Origin: Zygnema circumcarinatum SAG 698-1b | Lineage: Eukaryota; Plantae; Zygnematophyceae | Assembly: GCA_037447605.1 (NCBI GenBank) | Contig: CM074819.1 | Location: forward strand, 2,365,331 to 2,429,330 | Direction of reading: 5' to 3' | Length of the DNA: 64,000 nt | Shown: positions 33,748-45,600 of the stretch, piece after piece | How the letters are laid out: each line of letters starts with the position of its first letter | How positions within the stretch are numbered: the stretch's first letter is position 1 | Position numbers and translations under genes: made by a program | The notes under the pieces: model-generated | The model's input: the letters and a program-made list of their open reading frames with translations, nothing else | Told to the model about the DNA's origin: nothing | The model's database searches: none

Positions 33748-36700
33748 CTTTTTGTGAATTTCCAGAACAGTATCAACCGTTGCCTGCAGGTAGTCCGTAC
33801 AGGGCTCCTCCAAGTAATGGAGCTGCACAGGGTGCAGCCTTCCCTGCATAACTCCCAAATCTTCAATTCAAAAACATGAAAGAAACATTCCAAATGTTTA
33901 ACAAATTTTGAAACTAACTAAAACGTACACGATCTCAGCACGTGGGCGATGAGATTAAGGAATCTTAAAGAACAATTAGACTTTTTTTAAAACGAATGAA
34001 AAAATCTCCTGACCTCAACTGAAAGAATCGCAGGTTTCCTGCTCGGGAGGTCGGTCAAATTTTCAATTTTCTTCGCCCGCTCCATGCTGCAGTTTGCAGA
34101 AAAAAATGGAAGGAGCAAAAGGGGTTCAAAATTCTGCTCAGGAGCAATGAGAACAGGACTATAAGGGAGAGGGAGAGGGAGGGAGAGAGGGAGAGGGAGA
34201 GGGAGAGGGAGGGGAGAGGGAGAGAGGGAGAGGGAGAGAGGGGGAGAGGGGGAGGGAGAGGGAGGGAGGGAGAGGGAGAGGGAGAGGGAGGGAGAGGGAG
34301 GGAGAGGAGAGGGAGAGGGAGAGGGAGAGGGAGAGGGAGAGAGAGGGAGAGAGAGAGGGAGAGAGAGAGAGGAAGAGAGAGAGAGCGGAGAAACTCGTGC
34401 CTGGTATCAAAGAAGTGAGCCATTTCTTCTGCCGCCATTGTCGCTGAAGCGACCACAAGACGCAGGTCCGGTCGTCTTCGCTGAACCTGCACTGCTCATT
34501 AAAGTAATTCAAAAAAGAAAAAAAAATACTGAAACGATTCTTTATTCTGTATTCTCTTCTTTCTGAAGAATTTCGGAAATTTGGTCGGACCATATTCGGT
34601 CTCCCCTCCCCTACTTCGTTCCCTCCCCCTTTTTTTTTTGTTTCGAAATTGGATACCTTCTTGAGAAGGCCAAGCACAATGTCAGTGGCGATGCTCCGCT
34701 CATGGGCTTCATCGATCATTATTACGCTGCCACGTGGGAGAGGGAGAGGAGGGAGAGGGAGGGAGGAAGGAAACAGAGAGAGAGAGAGAGAGAGAAAGAG
34801 TCGAAAAGGGAGAGGACGGGGGAGAGAAGCAAAGAGAGGCAAAGAGAGAGAGAGAGAGTATTACAATACTTCGTGAATCATTAAAATATGGGAGGAGAAA
34901 AAGTGATGCGGAAACCCTAAAAACTATGTGAAACTTTACATTCTATTAGTAGGGCCTAATAAGTTTCATGTAATCCAGTAATTTAATTAGTTTAATTTAT
35001 TCATTCGCTACAGAAACCCTAAAAAGCTGAGAGTGGTAAAAACCTGTAGGAGCTAAGCAGAGGGTCCTCCATCATCTCCCTCAGCAGCACTCCGTCAGTC
35101 AAATACTTGACACGTGTCACCCCCTGATTGCAGGAAGGAAGCCATTTCCATGAGCATCGTAACCAGTTCAGTTTTTTCGGAGCCCTAAAATCTTACCTTG
35201 CAGCCCAAATTGCAGGGCAAGTCTAGAGTCTCTCATGAGTTCAATGTTTGGAATTAGGGCAAGGGAAGGGTTGAACTTTTTAGGGTTCTTCTAGGGTTTT
35301 AGAGTTAGGGTTTTAGTGTTAAGGTTTTAGAGTTAGGGTTTTAGGGCTCACACGTGTGGTAACATTTTCGAAGCGGATGGAGTACCCGACTTCCTCTCCG
35401 AGAGAGACTCTCATCTCTTCCGCCACACGTGCGGCCACAGTCTGAAAAACCAGCATCAAACCGGCAACCGGTTTTCATTTTCTTGACAGCAAAAAATGTG
35501 GAAATTACCAATAAATTAAGTGCATGGAAATCGAAACTCTAATTCTGAACCCTACAGCGAAAGAGCCCTGAACCCTGAGTCCAAGCCCTAACAAACCCTA
35601 AAGATGGAACTCTAAAGCTTGATAAGCTTCAAGTATGCAACCCTTATCTGAACCCTAGCAAACCCTAACTGTAACTGTAACTGTAACTGTACGGCATGGA
35701 ACATGGAGGCAGACCTGCACTGCCACGCGGCGCGGCTGAGTGCAGCCAATGAGCCGCCCACCTGCTGCCCAGCCTGCCTCGGCCAAATACTGAAAGAAAA
35801 GAGGGACATAGTAAAGGGGAAAAGAAAACAATGATGTGTCAGTTTTGGCACAGAGAGGGAGAGAGAGAGAGAGAGTGAGAGAGAGGGAGAGGAGGGAGGG
35901 AGAGGGGTTGAGGGCGGGAGTGAAAAGGAGAGAGGAGAGAATAGAGGGAGAGGGCGCAGGTTGAGGAAGATTTAAAGTGAGAGAGGAGAACTGGAAGACG
36001 AGATGGGGGCGAGAGAGAGTGAGAGAGAGAGAGGGGGGGGGGGAAGAGAGATGAGAGCTCAGGAGGTCGTCAAGAATACAGAATAGAACAAGGAGAGAAA
36101 AGGAGGGTGAGGGAAAGAGCGAGAGAATAGAGAAGAGAACAAGGCAGAGAGAGAGAGAGAGAGAGAGTGGGAGAGAGAGAGAGTGGGAGAGAGTGGGAGA
36201 GTGAGAGAGTGAGAGAGTGAGAGAGGAACTTACTTGTGGTATTTGAGTAGACTTTCCGCTCCCTGTCTCTCCAACAATGACAGTTGTCGCATGCTTCTCC
36301 ACGAGATATAAAACAGCGGTTCTCCGCTGAAAGATGGGCAGCCTTTCCCTCTGTTGCTGAAGGCTTAATCCGTCGGCCCTGCAAATAAAAAGAATTAAAG
36401 CAAACAAACACGTGAGAGAAAAAACAACTCCCAAAGCACAAAAGAAAAAAGAGTTTACAGAAATTTGTTGGACTGGAGAATAAGAACCTTTCAATGTGAC
36501 TTTATTAAACGTGATTTTAATATTTTTTTTTTGAGATTTTGATCGTCTTGACAAATGGACACATCGTCAGGTTTTAACGCTTCAATCATCGCCGAATTTC
36601 AGTTTCAGTTTAAGTTTTAGGGTTAATAATCAACACCGTTGCAATCAATCAGGTTTCAAACTTGTGCGAATTTGTGTCTTGATGTGTGCAGAAGGTAAAA

Positions 36701-36894
36701 ATTAGGGCGGAAGGGATTGAGGGATTAAGGTTAGGGTTCAGGTTCAAAATTAGGGTTTGAGAAATTCAGGGTCTGCAGCTTCACCTTCCTCTGACGGCCA
36801 TGGCTGCCGCAGCGCCATCTCCTTCATCTCTGTCCACTTCCGCAGACGGAGGAAGCTCCGGAGCAGAGGCTCCGGGCTTCCAGAAACCGGCCAT
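33748..36894 (-). CDS. DHX35: DEAH-box RNA helicase, DHX35-like, 5' part only; exons 36894-36785, 36378-36234, 35789-35715, 35441-35352, 35123-35044, 34726-34657, 34486-~34401, 34086-34014, 33843-33748
   Basis: MAGFWKPG start; GETGSGKSTQIPQ, CTQPRRVA, EEVGYSIRFE, YLTDGVLLREMMEDPLL, IDEAHERS, ASAT, PAILSVEGR; junctions are phase-consistent. Confidence 0.9.
34160..34385 (+). repeat. Intronic GA-rich (GAGAGG)n-type low-complexity tract; similar tracts at ~34740-34860, 35855-36225 and 36896-36980
   Basis: Near-pure purine runs inside DHX35 introns and leader. Confidence 0.9.
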
Positions 36895-37259
36895 AGAGAG
36901 AGAGGGAGAGGGAGAGAGGGAGGGAGAGGGAGAGGGAGAGGGAGAGAGGGAGGGAGAGGGAGAGGGAGAGAGTGGGAGAGAGACGAAGCTTTCGTAAAGT
37001 AAAATATGATCGTTAGAACTTTGTTTCTCCGCCTTTCCCGGGGGCGAAAATTCATGACATTATCGAGGCGCTACCGTACGATTTCGTTCATATCCGTGTT
37101 CGTACCTTGTAATAAGTGCCTTTATCGAGAGTGTGGTGTCCAGAGCGGTCGCTCATTGGCTCACCGACATTTTTTTTTACTTTGGCCCGTACATTTGTCA
37201 TTACTGCTTAACTTTATCGAGGAAATCCATACAAGGGGTGATGGTCGGCCAATGAGACA

Positions 37260-38198
37260 CAGTAGGGGGTCCTCATATTTTCCACCCTGGTTTTGGCCAA
37301 TATGAGGCGAAAATATTGATTTTGCATATATAAGGGGGAGTCAGACCTTGTCCATCGTCAAACCAATTCCGCGAGCCGGTCGGGCCAATTCCGCGTTGTA
37401 CGGCAGGCCTTTTTCGCCAAAAGTGGACGTTCGACAGGCTCGGGCGCCGAGCCTGTATCTCATTTTTGTAACATATTTCGAAGTACGGACGGGACAGACA
37501 GGTTCGGGGGGAGCCGCGGTTTCCGACCCGAATTCTGCAATCGAAATCAATACCTTTTCGCAGAGGGAATCTTTGAATTCCGCAGGCGATGGTCAAGGTC
37601 TGACTCCCCCTATAAGGTTCGTGTTACCAATAGACGGGCGGTATTATGTTTAGAGTTCATGTTAAATCGTACGTATCGTATCGTATCATATCGCACCGTG
37701 TCGTACTGTACGTTTAGCGTCGTATCGTATCGTGCCATATCGTAACGCATAGACGTAGTTTTCCGCTCTTTGTTCGTCTCAGCTCGTACGGCTAGTACCG
37801 TATCGAGGCGTTTCGTATCGTACCGTACCATATCGTACCGTATCGAACTGTAACGGCTACAGTACTACAGCTCATACGGATAGTACGGATAGTACCGTAT
37901 CGGGGCGTTTCGTATCGTGTCGTATCGTTACGTATCGTACCGTATCGTATTGAACCCAGGATAAAGAGGGAGAAGAGCGAGAGCCTCTTACGGCGGGACG
38001 TGCGGGGAGATTAGGTGACTTTTGCGTAAGCCCGTAACGGCTAGTACAGCTAGTACGGCTAGTACGAACAGTACGAATAGTACGAATAGTACGGCTAACA
38101 TACACCGTACAAAAAGGTGGTTTCAGCAAAATCTTCAAAATCGGCGAATTTCTTGAGGACGCACTCCTTAGGGCGGTAAATACGAGGACCCCCTACTG
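37260..38198. mobile_element. Non-autonomous TIR element (outer MITE) with CGTA(T/C)-rich interior
   Basis: 29-bp TIRs CAGTAGGGGGTCCTC(A/G)TATTT(T/A)CC(A/G)CCCT with 3 mismatches; flanked by CA on both sides. Confidence 0.8.
37334..37610. mobile_element. 277-bp MITE nested in the outer element
   Basis: TIRs GGGGGAGTCAGACCTTG(T/A)CCATCG; TATAA directly repeated at 37329-37333 and 37611-37615. Confidence 0.85.
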
Positions 38199-38392
38199 CA
38201 CTGCCATGATAGATCCTCCGTACGCCCTTGAACCCTCGATAAAGCTAAAAGGTGCCTGCTAATGTGACCACACGATTGTACTTTATCAAGGTCATGTTGT
38301 TGTACGAGGAAACAACAATGAAACTCGTTGTGAAAAAGTTGAATTTAACAAGGACAAGGAATGCGCATGAGGAAAACATGGAACCAAACACA

Positions 38393-38487
38393 TGCATGTA
38401 TGCATGCATGCACTGAACCCTAAACCCTGAATCGTAAACCCTGAACTCCGAACCCTGAACCCTAAACCCTGCATGCATGCATGCATG
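38393..38487 (+). repeat. AACCCT(A/G)-type 7-mer telomere-like tract flanked by (ATGC)n runs
   Basis: GCATGCATGCA-CTGAACCCTAAACCCTGA...GAACCCTAAACCCT-GCATGCATGCATGC. Confidence 0.8.
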
Positions 38488-38889
38488 CCCAACAGTTCGT
38501 TGTACAAATTCGATTCAAATTCCTTGTTCATTGTTGAAAAACTTTGTTAGACAAGATGTGGGTCCCTTCAGTCCATTGCAGCCCAAAAAGAATGAAACCT
38601 TTGGATCATACCATAGAGCCATAACTTACCAAACTCCTACAAAACTTGCCAACATAGAACCGCAGTTCCGTCTGAACACAGAACCTCCTTCCCTAGACCA
38701 ATGATAAATATCCTCCCTTCTCCCACAAAGCACCACCCCTCCCTCCAGCATACAGTACAGACCCCCACAGAATGCCCCCTAAAACCCACCACCCTACGCC
38801 CCTGAACCCTTCTAAAAAAAACCCTAAAACCCCCACATCAAAACCCCCACTTTCTCTACCTCCTCTCTCCCTCCTCTCTCCCTCCTCTC

Positions 38890-39411
38890 TCACTCTGCTC
38901 TCAACTTCTGCCTGAACCTATTCCTCGCTCTCCTCCGAGAACTCATAGAACTTCCTTTCCTTGTATGGTCCTGATGCTCTTGAGCCTTCGTCTCCTGCGA
39001 GATGGGAGGAGTGAGCTCTCTCTCTCTCTTCCTTGAATGCTCCTCCTCACTCTCAATGACAGGCCTCCCCTCTCTCACTCTCCGAGCCTCCTCTCTGAGG
39101 TCAGCCACCATAGAGCGAGTAGCACTCGCACTGATCCCTCTCACATAGCCACTAATGGGGGGGGGCAGCATTACTACAGGTTGGAGTCTCTGTCGAAGAG
39201 TTACCTTGGAAGCAATTCTTAAGGGTTTGGCTGATACCTCCTCTGAGGGTTCAGAGAGTAGTCCCGGAGGAGGAGGAGGAGATGCAACTGAGGATATAGG
39301 TTCTCCGTTTACCGTTGCGTTTTTCGGTTGGCTGTCTAATGGCAACGGCTGAATTTCCCATTGACCTTCAAATCGTTTCATGAAGCCGCCCTCTGCGAGC
39401 CGGTACCCGAT
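38890..39411 (-). CDS. Last exon of a START/SRPBCC (polyketide cyclase/dehydrase-like) protein; upstream exons not identified
   Basis: TTTTCCTGCAG acceptor, then IGYRLAEGGFMKRFEGQWEIQP...SKVTLRQRLQPVVMLPPPISGYVRGIS...MVADLREEARR, typical of the plant family C-terminus. Confidence 0.72.
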   Translation of the reverse strand: MGYRLAEGGFMKRFEGQWEIQPLPLDSQPKNATVNGEPISSVASPPPPPGLLSEPSEEVSAKPLRIASKVTLRQRLQPVVMLPPPISGYVRGISASATRSMVADLREEARRVREGRPVIESEEEHSRKRERELTPPISQETKAQEHQDHTRKGSSMSSRRRARNRFRQKLRAE

Positions 39412-39632
39412 CTGCAGGAAAATCATGCTAGTGAGGAAAATGAGTAATTTAAGGGGGGATTTTCAGTTTTGACTTTTCAGTTTTCAGCTCACAGTTTCCA
39501 GTTTCCAGTAAAATTGGAGAGGGGAAGTATCGGAGTTATTTTTCCTTTGTCCGCCTCCTACGTGCGATGGAGACGAGGAGAGGGAGGAATAGGAAGAAAG
39601 GGGAGGGCGGGAGGGAAGCAGGGAGGGGCTTG

Positions 39633-42600
39633 TGTTGGAAACTAGAGCCTGGTCTCTCTCACTTGCTGCACTCTCAGACATGCTTGTAATTCAGCGAACA
39701 CACCCACCCCCAATGCACACACCGGAAAGAGAATGAAAGCTGAAAAGAAAAGAACACCGAGAAGTGAAGTAAGAGGAGAAAGCCCCACCGGCTCAAAACT
39801 CCTTAAAATAGATGAGAAGGGTTACACAAAGAAATTCAGCCCTCAGGCGATTCCTACTGCTCTGCCCTACACTCCTATCTACTGCTGCCCATACAGCAGG
39901 CCTCTACACTCAGCACCACGAGCCGAGATGCAAGGTTCTAAGGGTTACTAACACTATGCACTAAGCACACTAAATACTAGCCGCTGAAGCACCTCCACGT
40001 TCCACCGCGTGTCACCGCGTTCCACCTCCATGTCGTCGAGGTCNNNNNNNNNNCAGAAGGATGTCCTTCGCATATTTCTCCTGAGAGAGAAATAAGCTCC
40101 CCTCCTGCCCCCTCTTGAGCTGGATCCCTAATAGATACTCTGCCTCTCCTAAGTCTGACATCTGGAAGTTAGACTTGAGGAGGTCCTTGAGGTTCTGAAT
40201 TCCGGCCATGGAGGGGCTGATGATGATGAGGTCGTCCACGTATATCCCCACATACAGCAGCTCGTCCCCCTCTCCCTTGCGGTAAACTGAATGGTCTGTC
40301 CGAAACCTGGTGAAGCCATTCTCCTGCAAGAGCTGGTCAATTTTCTCGTACCAAATGCGAGGGGCTTGCTTAAGCCCATACAAGCTTTTAACCAGCCTGC
40401 AAACCAAGTGTTCCTCGCCTTCTTTCACCGTGCCCTCTGGCTGGTCCATGTAGATCTCTTCCTCTAGGTCACCATAGAGAAACGCAGTTTTGATGTCAAG
40501 CTGGTGCACGTGCATTTTCTCAGCAGCAGCTATGGAGATTAAGGACCTGAGGGAGTTAAATTTCACGACAGGGGCAAAGGTTTCAGAGTAGTCCAGGCCG
40601 TATTTCTGGCTGAACCCCTTTGCGACCAGTCTGGCCTTATACCTATCGATGCTCCCATCAGATTTTCGTTTCACCTTAAAGACCCACTTGCAGCCTATAG
40701 CTCTCCTACCCGCTGGCAGGGCCTCCAGCCGCCATGTCTGATTCTCCATTAGACTACCTAGCTCGCTCTCAATGGCTGTCTCCCACTTCTCAGCATCTGC
40801 CCCCTCTAAAGCTTCAGAGAGAGTTTGGGGCTCGGCTATATTCACCATCATGGCCTCAGCCATTCCCACGAAGTCTGAGGAGTCGTTGGGTACTCTCCTC
40901 CTCGAGCCTCTTGGTCCGCTCACGTCGTACACGGAGGAGCTGTAGCGGTTGGACGGCCTCCGGTGCCGTGCTCCCCGAGTTCCTCCCTGTACGGCTACAG
41001 CGGGTAGAGGCACATCATTCTGTTCGAACTCAGAAGGTGATGATTCAGAATGTACGGACGGTTGATCCGGAAGTGGTCGGTTAAGAGACGCGAAAATTTC
41101 GCGTAATGATCTCTCGCGTCGCGCCACCGCTTCGTGACCGGGACCTGTCCGGCGGACAGTTGTCGGTAGATCTTGTCCTGTCGGTGAATCAATCTCAACC
41201 GTTGGTGAGGCGCCGACCGGCGCATCTCCATCGTCCTCTTCATCGCGGACTGGTGACGCGACGCCTACTGGCGCATCTCCACCGTTCGTTCCTTCTCGCG
41301 CCGCCGAATCTTCGCCGTCCAAATCATAAAAGATCTTGAAAGAATCTTTTGGCGCGCCTTCTCCACTAGAATTCACGGGAACTTGATCTGGGTGATCCTC
41401 TTGGAACTGAAGGTCTCGGCTCCGCTCCACTTGCCTCGTTGCCGGATTCCACACTCGATACGTGGGGCTGTCCTCATTGTAACCTATCAAATAACCTGGA
41501 GTGGATCGCTTCTCGAACTTTGAGTTTCTCCTGGCCTTGAGTACGGTCACGTAGCACCGGGCGCCCCAGACTCTGAAATACGCCACCGAGGGCTTTCTCC
41601 CGCTCCAGACCTCCTCCGGCACCTTGTCTTGGAGGACTCTGGACGGGCACCTGTTTCTGATATGGGCAGCAGCCATCACTGCCTCACCCCAGAATGACAG
41701 GGGGAGTGTAGACTCACTCAACATCGTCCTTGCCACATCCCCTAGCGTGCGGTTCACGCGCTCCGCTGCTCCATTACTCTGAGGGGAGTAAGGGGCAGCA
41801 AACTGGTGCTTCATACCAGTTTCCTCGAAGTGGTCCTTGAAGGTCTTCGAGATGTACTCGCCTCCATTGTCAGACCGAAGTGTCTTGACCTTGAGGCCGG
41901 TCTCCCTCTCCACCTCAAGCTGCCACTTCTTGAATGCATCAAAAGCCTCACTTTTGCTCTCTAGCATCCGCACCCAAACCTTCCGAGAAAAGTCATCCAA
42001 GAATGTAATGAAGTACCTCGAGCCTCCATTGCTTGTGGGAGTAATCGGTCCACACAAGTCACTATGGATGAGCTCGAGCTTCTCCTTGGCTCGGCTCTCC
42101 TCGGTACTCCGGTGGCTGAAAGGCTGGAGGTGAGCCTTTCCAGCGAGGCAGTCTTCGCAGACTCCTTCCTTCGCTCCCTTCATCCGCATCCTGATGCCTC
42201 GTACAAGGCGCTTGTTCACCAGCGTCTTCAAGCTTTGAAAGCCTAAGTGGCCCATTCTCCGGTGCCACAAAGCTGCCGCTGGATTTTCAGAGATAGTGTT
42301 CACTTGGATGGTGGGGGGTCTTACTCCGTTCAGGAGGTAAAGACCATTTTCTTCTGTTCCCTTCAGAACCACCTTCCCGGTTAGTGTGTCAAAAACCTCA
42401 CACTCCTCTCCATTGAACCACGATACATACCCCTTCTTTCCTAGCTGGCTCACTGAAACAAAGTTATTCTGGAGTCCTGGGGTATGGAGGACTTCGCCCA
42501 TTACGACGATCCTCTTTGTCTCTCCTTCGTGGGTCTCAAACGCCACGGATCCACCTTGAGTGACCTGCACTCCTTCTCCCGTTGCAGCGTAGACGGAACG

Positions 42601-45600
42601 TGCAGTTCCCAGTGTCTTCAGATCTGCAAAGGAGGACGCTTCCGAGCACATATGCTTGGAAGCTCCCGAGTCAATCAGCCATGGAACAGCGGGTTTCTTG
42701 TCACGTACCCTTCCCACGAATTCTGCCCTCTCAACGGCAGCACGTGGGCCTTCCTTCATCATCAGGACTGTCTCCTTGGCTTCACTTCGGCAAACTGCCG
42801 ACTTGTGGCCTTTCTTACCACACTTGAAACAAGTTCCACCGAAAGTGGTCTGTTTCTTGCTCGGTTCTCCACTGGGTGCCTCGTCCTTCTTCACGGGTCT
42901 TCCCTTGTTCCGAAAGCATTCCGTCGAGAGATGGCCGGGCTTCCCACAGGTGAAGCATGTGAGAGCCTTCTTGTCTCCCCGGTCACTCTTCCCCTTGTTC
43001 CTCCCAGAAGATGCCGACCGAATTAGAAGGACGTTATCAGGGCCTAGCTTCTCCCTTTCAAACAGCAACTCACATTCTCTGATTCTCCCCTTTACTTGCT
43101 CCAACGTCATAGGCAGACAAGTTAGTTGGGTCCTCAAAGATTCTATTGCATGAGAATATTTGCCTGTTAGTCCTACCAGAAACTGATGAATCTGACTAGG
43201 TAAGGGAATGGGCTGTTTCGACACTACGCACTTCTGCATAAGGCTGTCGAATTTGACCATGTAGTTAGTCAGGGTCTCACCCTTCTCCATTTTGAGTGCA
43301 CCCAATTCAGCATACAGATTAACGGGCAGCCCCCCCTCTGCAACTTCATACACCGCCTGAAGACTCTTCCACATTTCAGCAGCAGAAGTCAGGTCTACCA
43401 GCATGGCTGAAGGTGCATTGCCTACGCTCATGGCAATGTAGCCTGCGGCTTTGTAGTTCTTCTCTCGCCACAGCTCGTATGCCTTCTTGACCGCCGCCCC
43501 CTCAGAGTCGGCCGGGAGAGGTGGTTCTTGGATGGTGCCGTCAACGTACTTGAGCAGTCCCTTGCTCTCAAGCAGATACCTCATCCTCCACCTCCATGTT
43601 CTGAAGTCTGTCCCCTCGAAGATTGGGACCTTATACCTGGGCTCCTCCTCTGAGGATGCTCTGATACCACTGTTGGAAACTAGAGCCTGGTCTCTCTCAC
43701 TTGCTGCACTCTCAGACATGCTTGTAATTCAGCGAACACACCCACCCCCAATGCACACACCGGAAAGAGAATGAAAGCTGAAAAGAAAAGAACACCGAGA
43801 AGTGAAGTAAGAGGAGAAAGCCCCACCGGCTCAAAACTCCTTAAAATAGATGAGAAGGGTTACACAAAGAAATTCAGCCCTCAGGCGATTCCTACTGCTC
43901 TGCCCTACACTCCTATCTACTGCTGCCCATACAGCAGGCCTCTACACTCAGCACCACGAGCCGAGATGCAAGGTTCTAAGGGTTACTAACACTATGCACT
44001 AAGCACACTAAATACTAGCCGCTGAAGCACCTCCACGTTCCACCGCGTGTCACCGCGTTCCACCTCCATGTCGTCGAGGTCGCTCCGCGCCTTCTGGAGT
44101 TCGCTCCGCGCCGCGCGGGAGCTCAGCTCGGGAGGCCGCCATGGGGAGGGGAGCGTCCGTACCGAAACTCCCTTCCGAAAGCTCCTCTGTCGCTCCGAAC
44201 CTTCCGCGCTCCTTCGCGTCTCCAATAATCCGTACTAAGCTAACTCGAAGCCGCGCGACCTATCGTCGCGCGCCACGTGTATACACAACACTTATAAAAC
44301 CTAAGCGGACTCCACTGGTGGCGCGGCCTATCGCCGCCCGCCACGTGTCCTATTTAAACCCGAAACGTCGTCCGACTCAGAACAGCGCTCTAGCGCACTG
44401 TTCAGACTGTGACCGTATCTATCAAGGACCGCCGACATTGGCTAAGGACCGTAAAGTGTACTACCTCGTACTATACCCCTATTGTACACTACATTCCCCC
44501 TCTCGGTCCGCTAGCCACTAAATGGTCCGACGCCAATCAGTACGGAATTCTTCCAAACCGTTTCCCCGTTGGCCCCCTTGGTCATCATGTCGGCAGCTTG
44601 TTCTTTTGTGCCGACAAATCCGATGGTCAACAGTCCATCCTCGACCTGCTCCCTAACGTAATGATACTGGAGCCTAATATGCTTTGACCTTTTGTGAAAT
44701 ACTGGATTTTCTATCAAGGCAATCGACGACTGGTTGTCAGTGAGGAGATGTACCGGATACTGAGGACGCTGGCATTCATCGAAAAAGTTCTGAAGCCAGA
44801 TTCCCTCCTTGGACGCGTGGCAGGNNNNNNNNNNAATAGATACTCTGCCTCTCCTAAGTCTGACATCTGGAAGTTAGACTTGAGGAGGTCCTTGAGGTTC
44901 TGAATTCCGGCCATGGAGGGGCTGATGATGATGAGGTCGTCCACGTATATCCCCACATACAGCAGCTCGTCCCCCTCTCCCTTGCGGTAAACTGAATGGT
45001 CTGTCCGAAACCTGGTGAAGCCATTCTCCTGCAAGAGCTGGTCAATTTTCTCGTACCAAATGCGAGGGGCTTGCTTAAGCCCATACAAGCTTTTAACCAG
45101 CCTGCAAACCAAGTGTTCCTCGCCTTCTTTCACCGTGCCCTCTGGCTGGTCCATGTAGATCTCTTCCTCTAGGTCACCATAGAGAAACGCAGTTTTGATG
45201 TCAAGCTGGTGCACGTGCATTTTCTCAGCAGCAGCTATGGAGATTAAGGACCTGAGGGAGTTAAATTTCACGACAGGGGCAAAGGTTTCAGAGTAGTCCA
45301 GGCCGTATTTCTGGCTGAACCCCTTTGCGACCAGTCTGGCCTTATACCTATCGATGCTCCCATCAGATTTTCGTTTCACCTTAAAGACCCACTTGCAGCC
45401 TATAGCTCTCCTACCCGCTGGCAGGGCCTCCAGCCGCCATGTCTGATTCTCCATTAGACTACCTAGCTCGCTCTNNNNNNNNNNTTCACGCGCTCCGCTG
45501 CTCCATTACTCTGAGGGGAGTAAGGGGCAGCAAACTGGTGCTTCATACCAGTTTCCTCGAAGTGGTCCTTGAAGGTCTTCGAGATGTACTCGCCTCCATT

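Noticed and set aside
34395-34401. GC-AG intron in DHX35
   Set aside because: A GT donor 6 nt further on gives the same phase, so the GC donor is not required.
37640-38100. CRISPR-like array
   Set aside because: Irregular short CGTA(T/C) motifs with no constant repeat or unique spacers; eukaryotic MITE interior.
43658-43669. tRNA gene
   Set aside because: Only a 12-13 nt primer-binding site complementary to the tRNA-iMet 3' end; same at 31012, 50629 and 61119.
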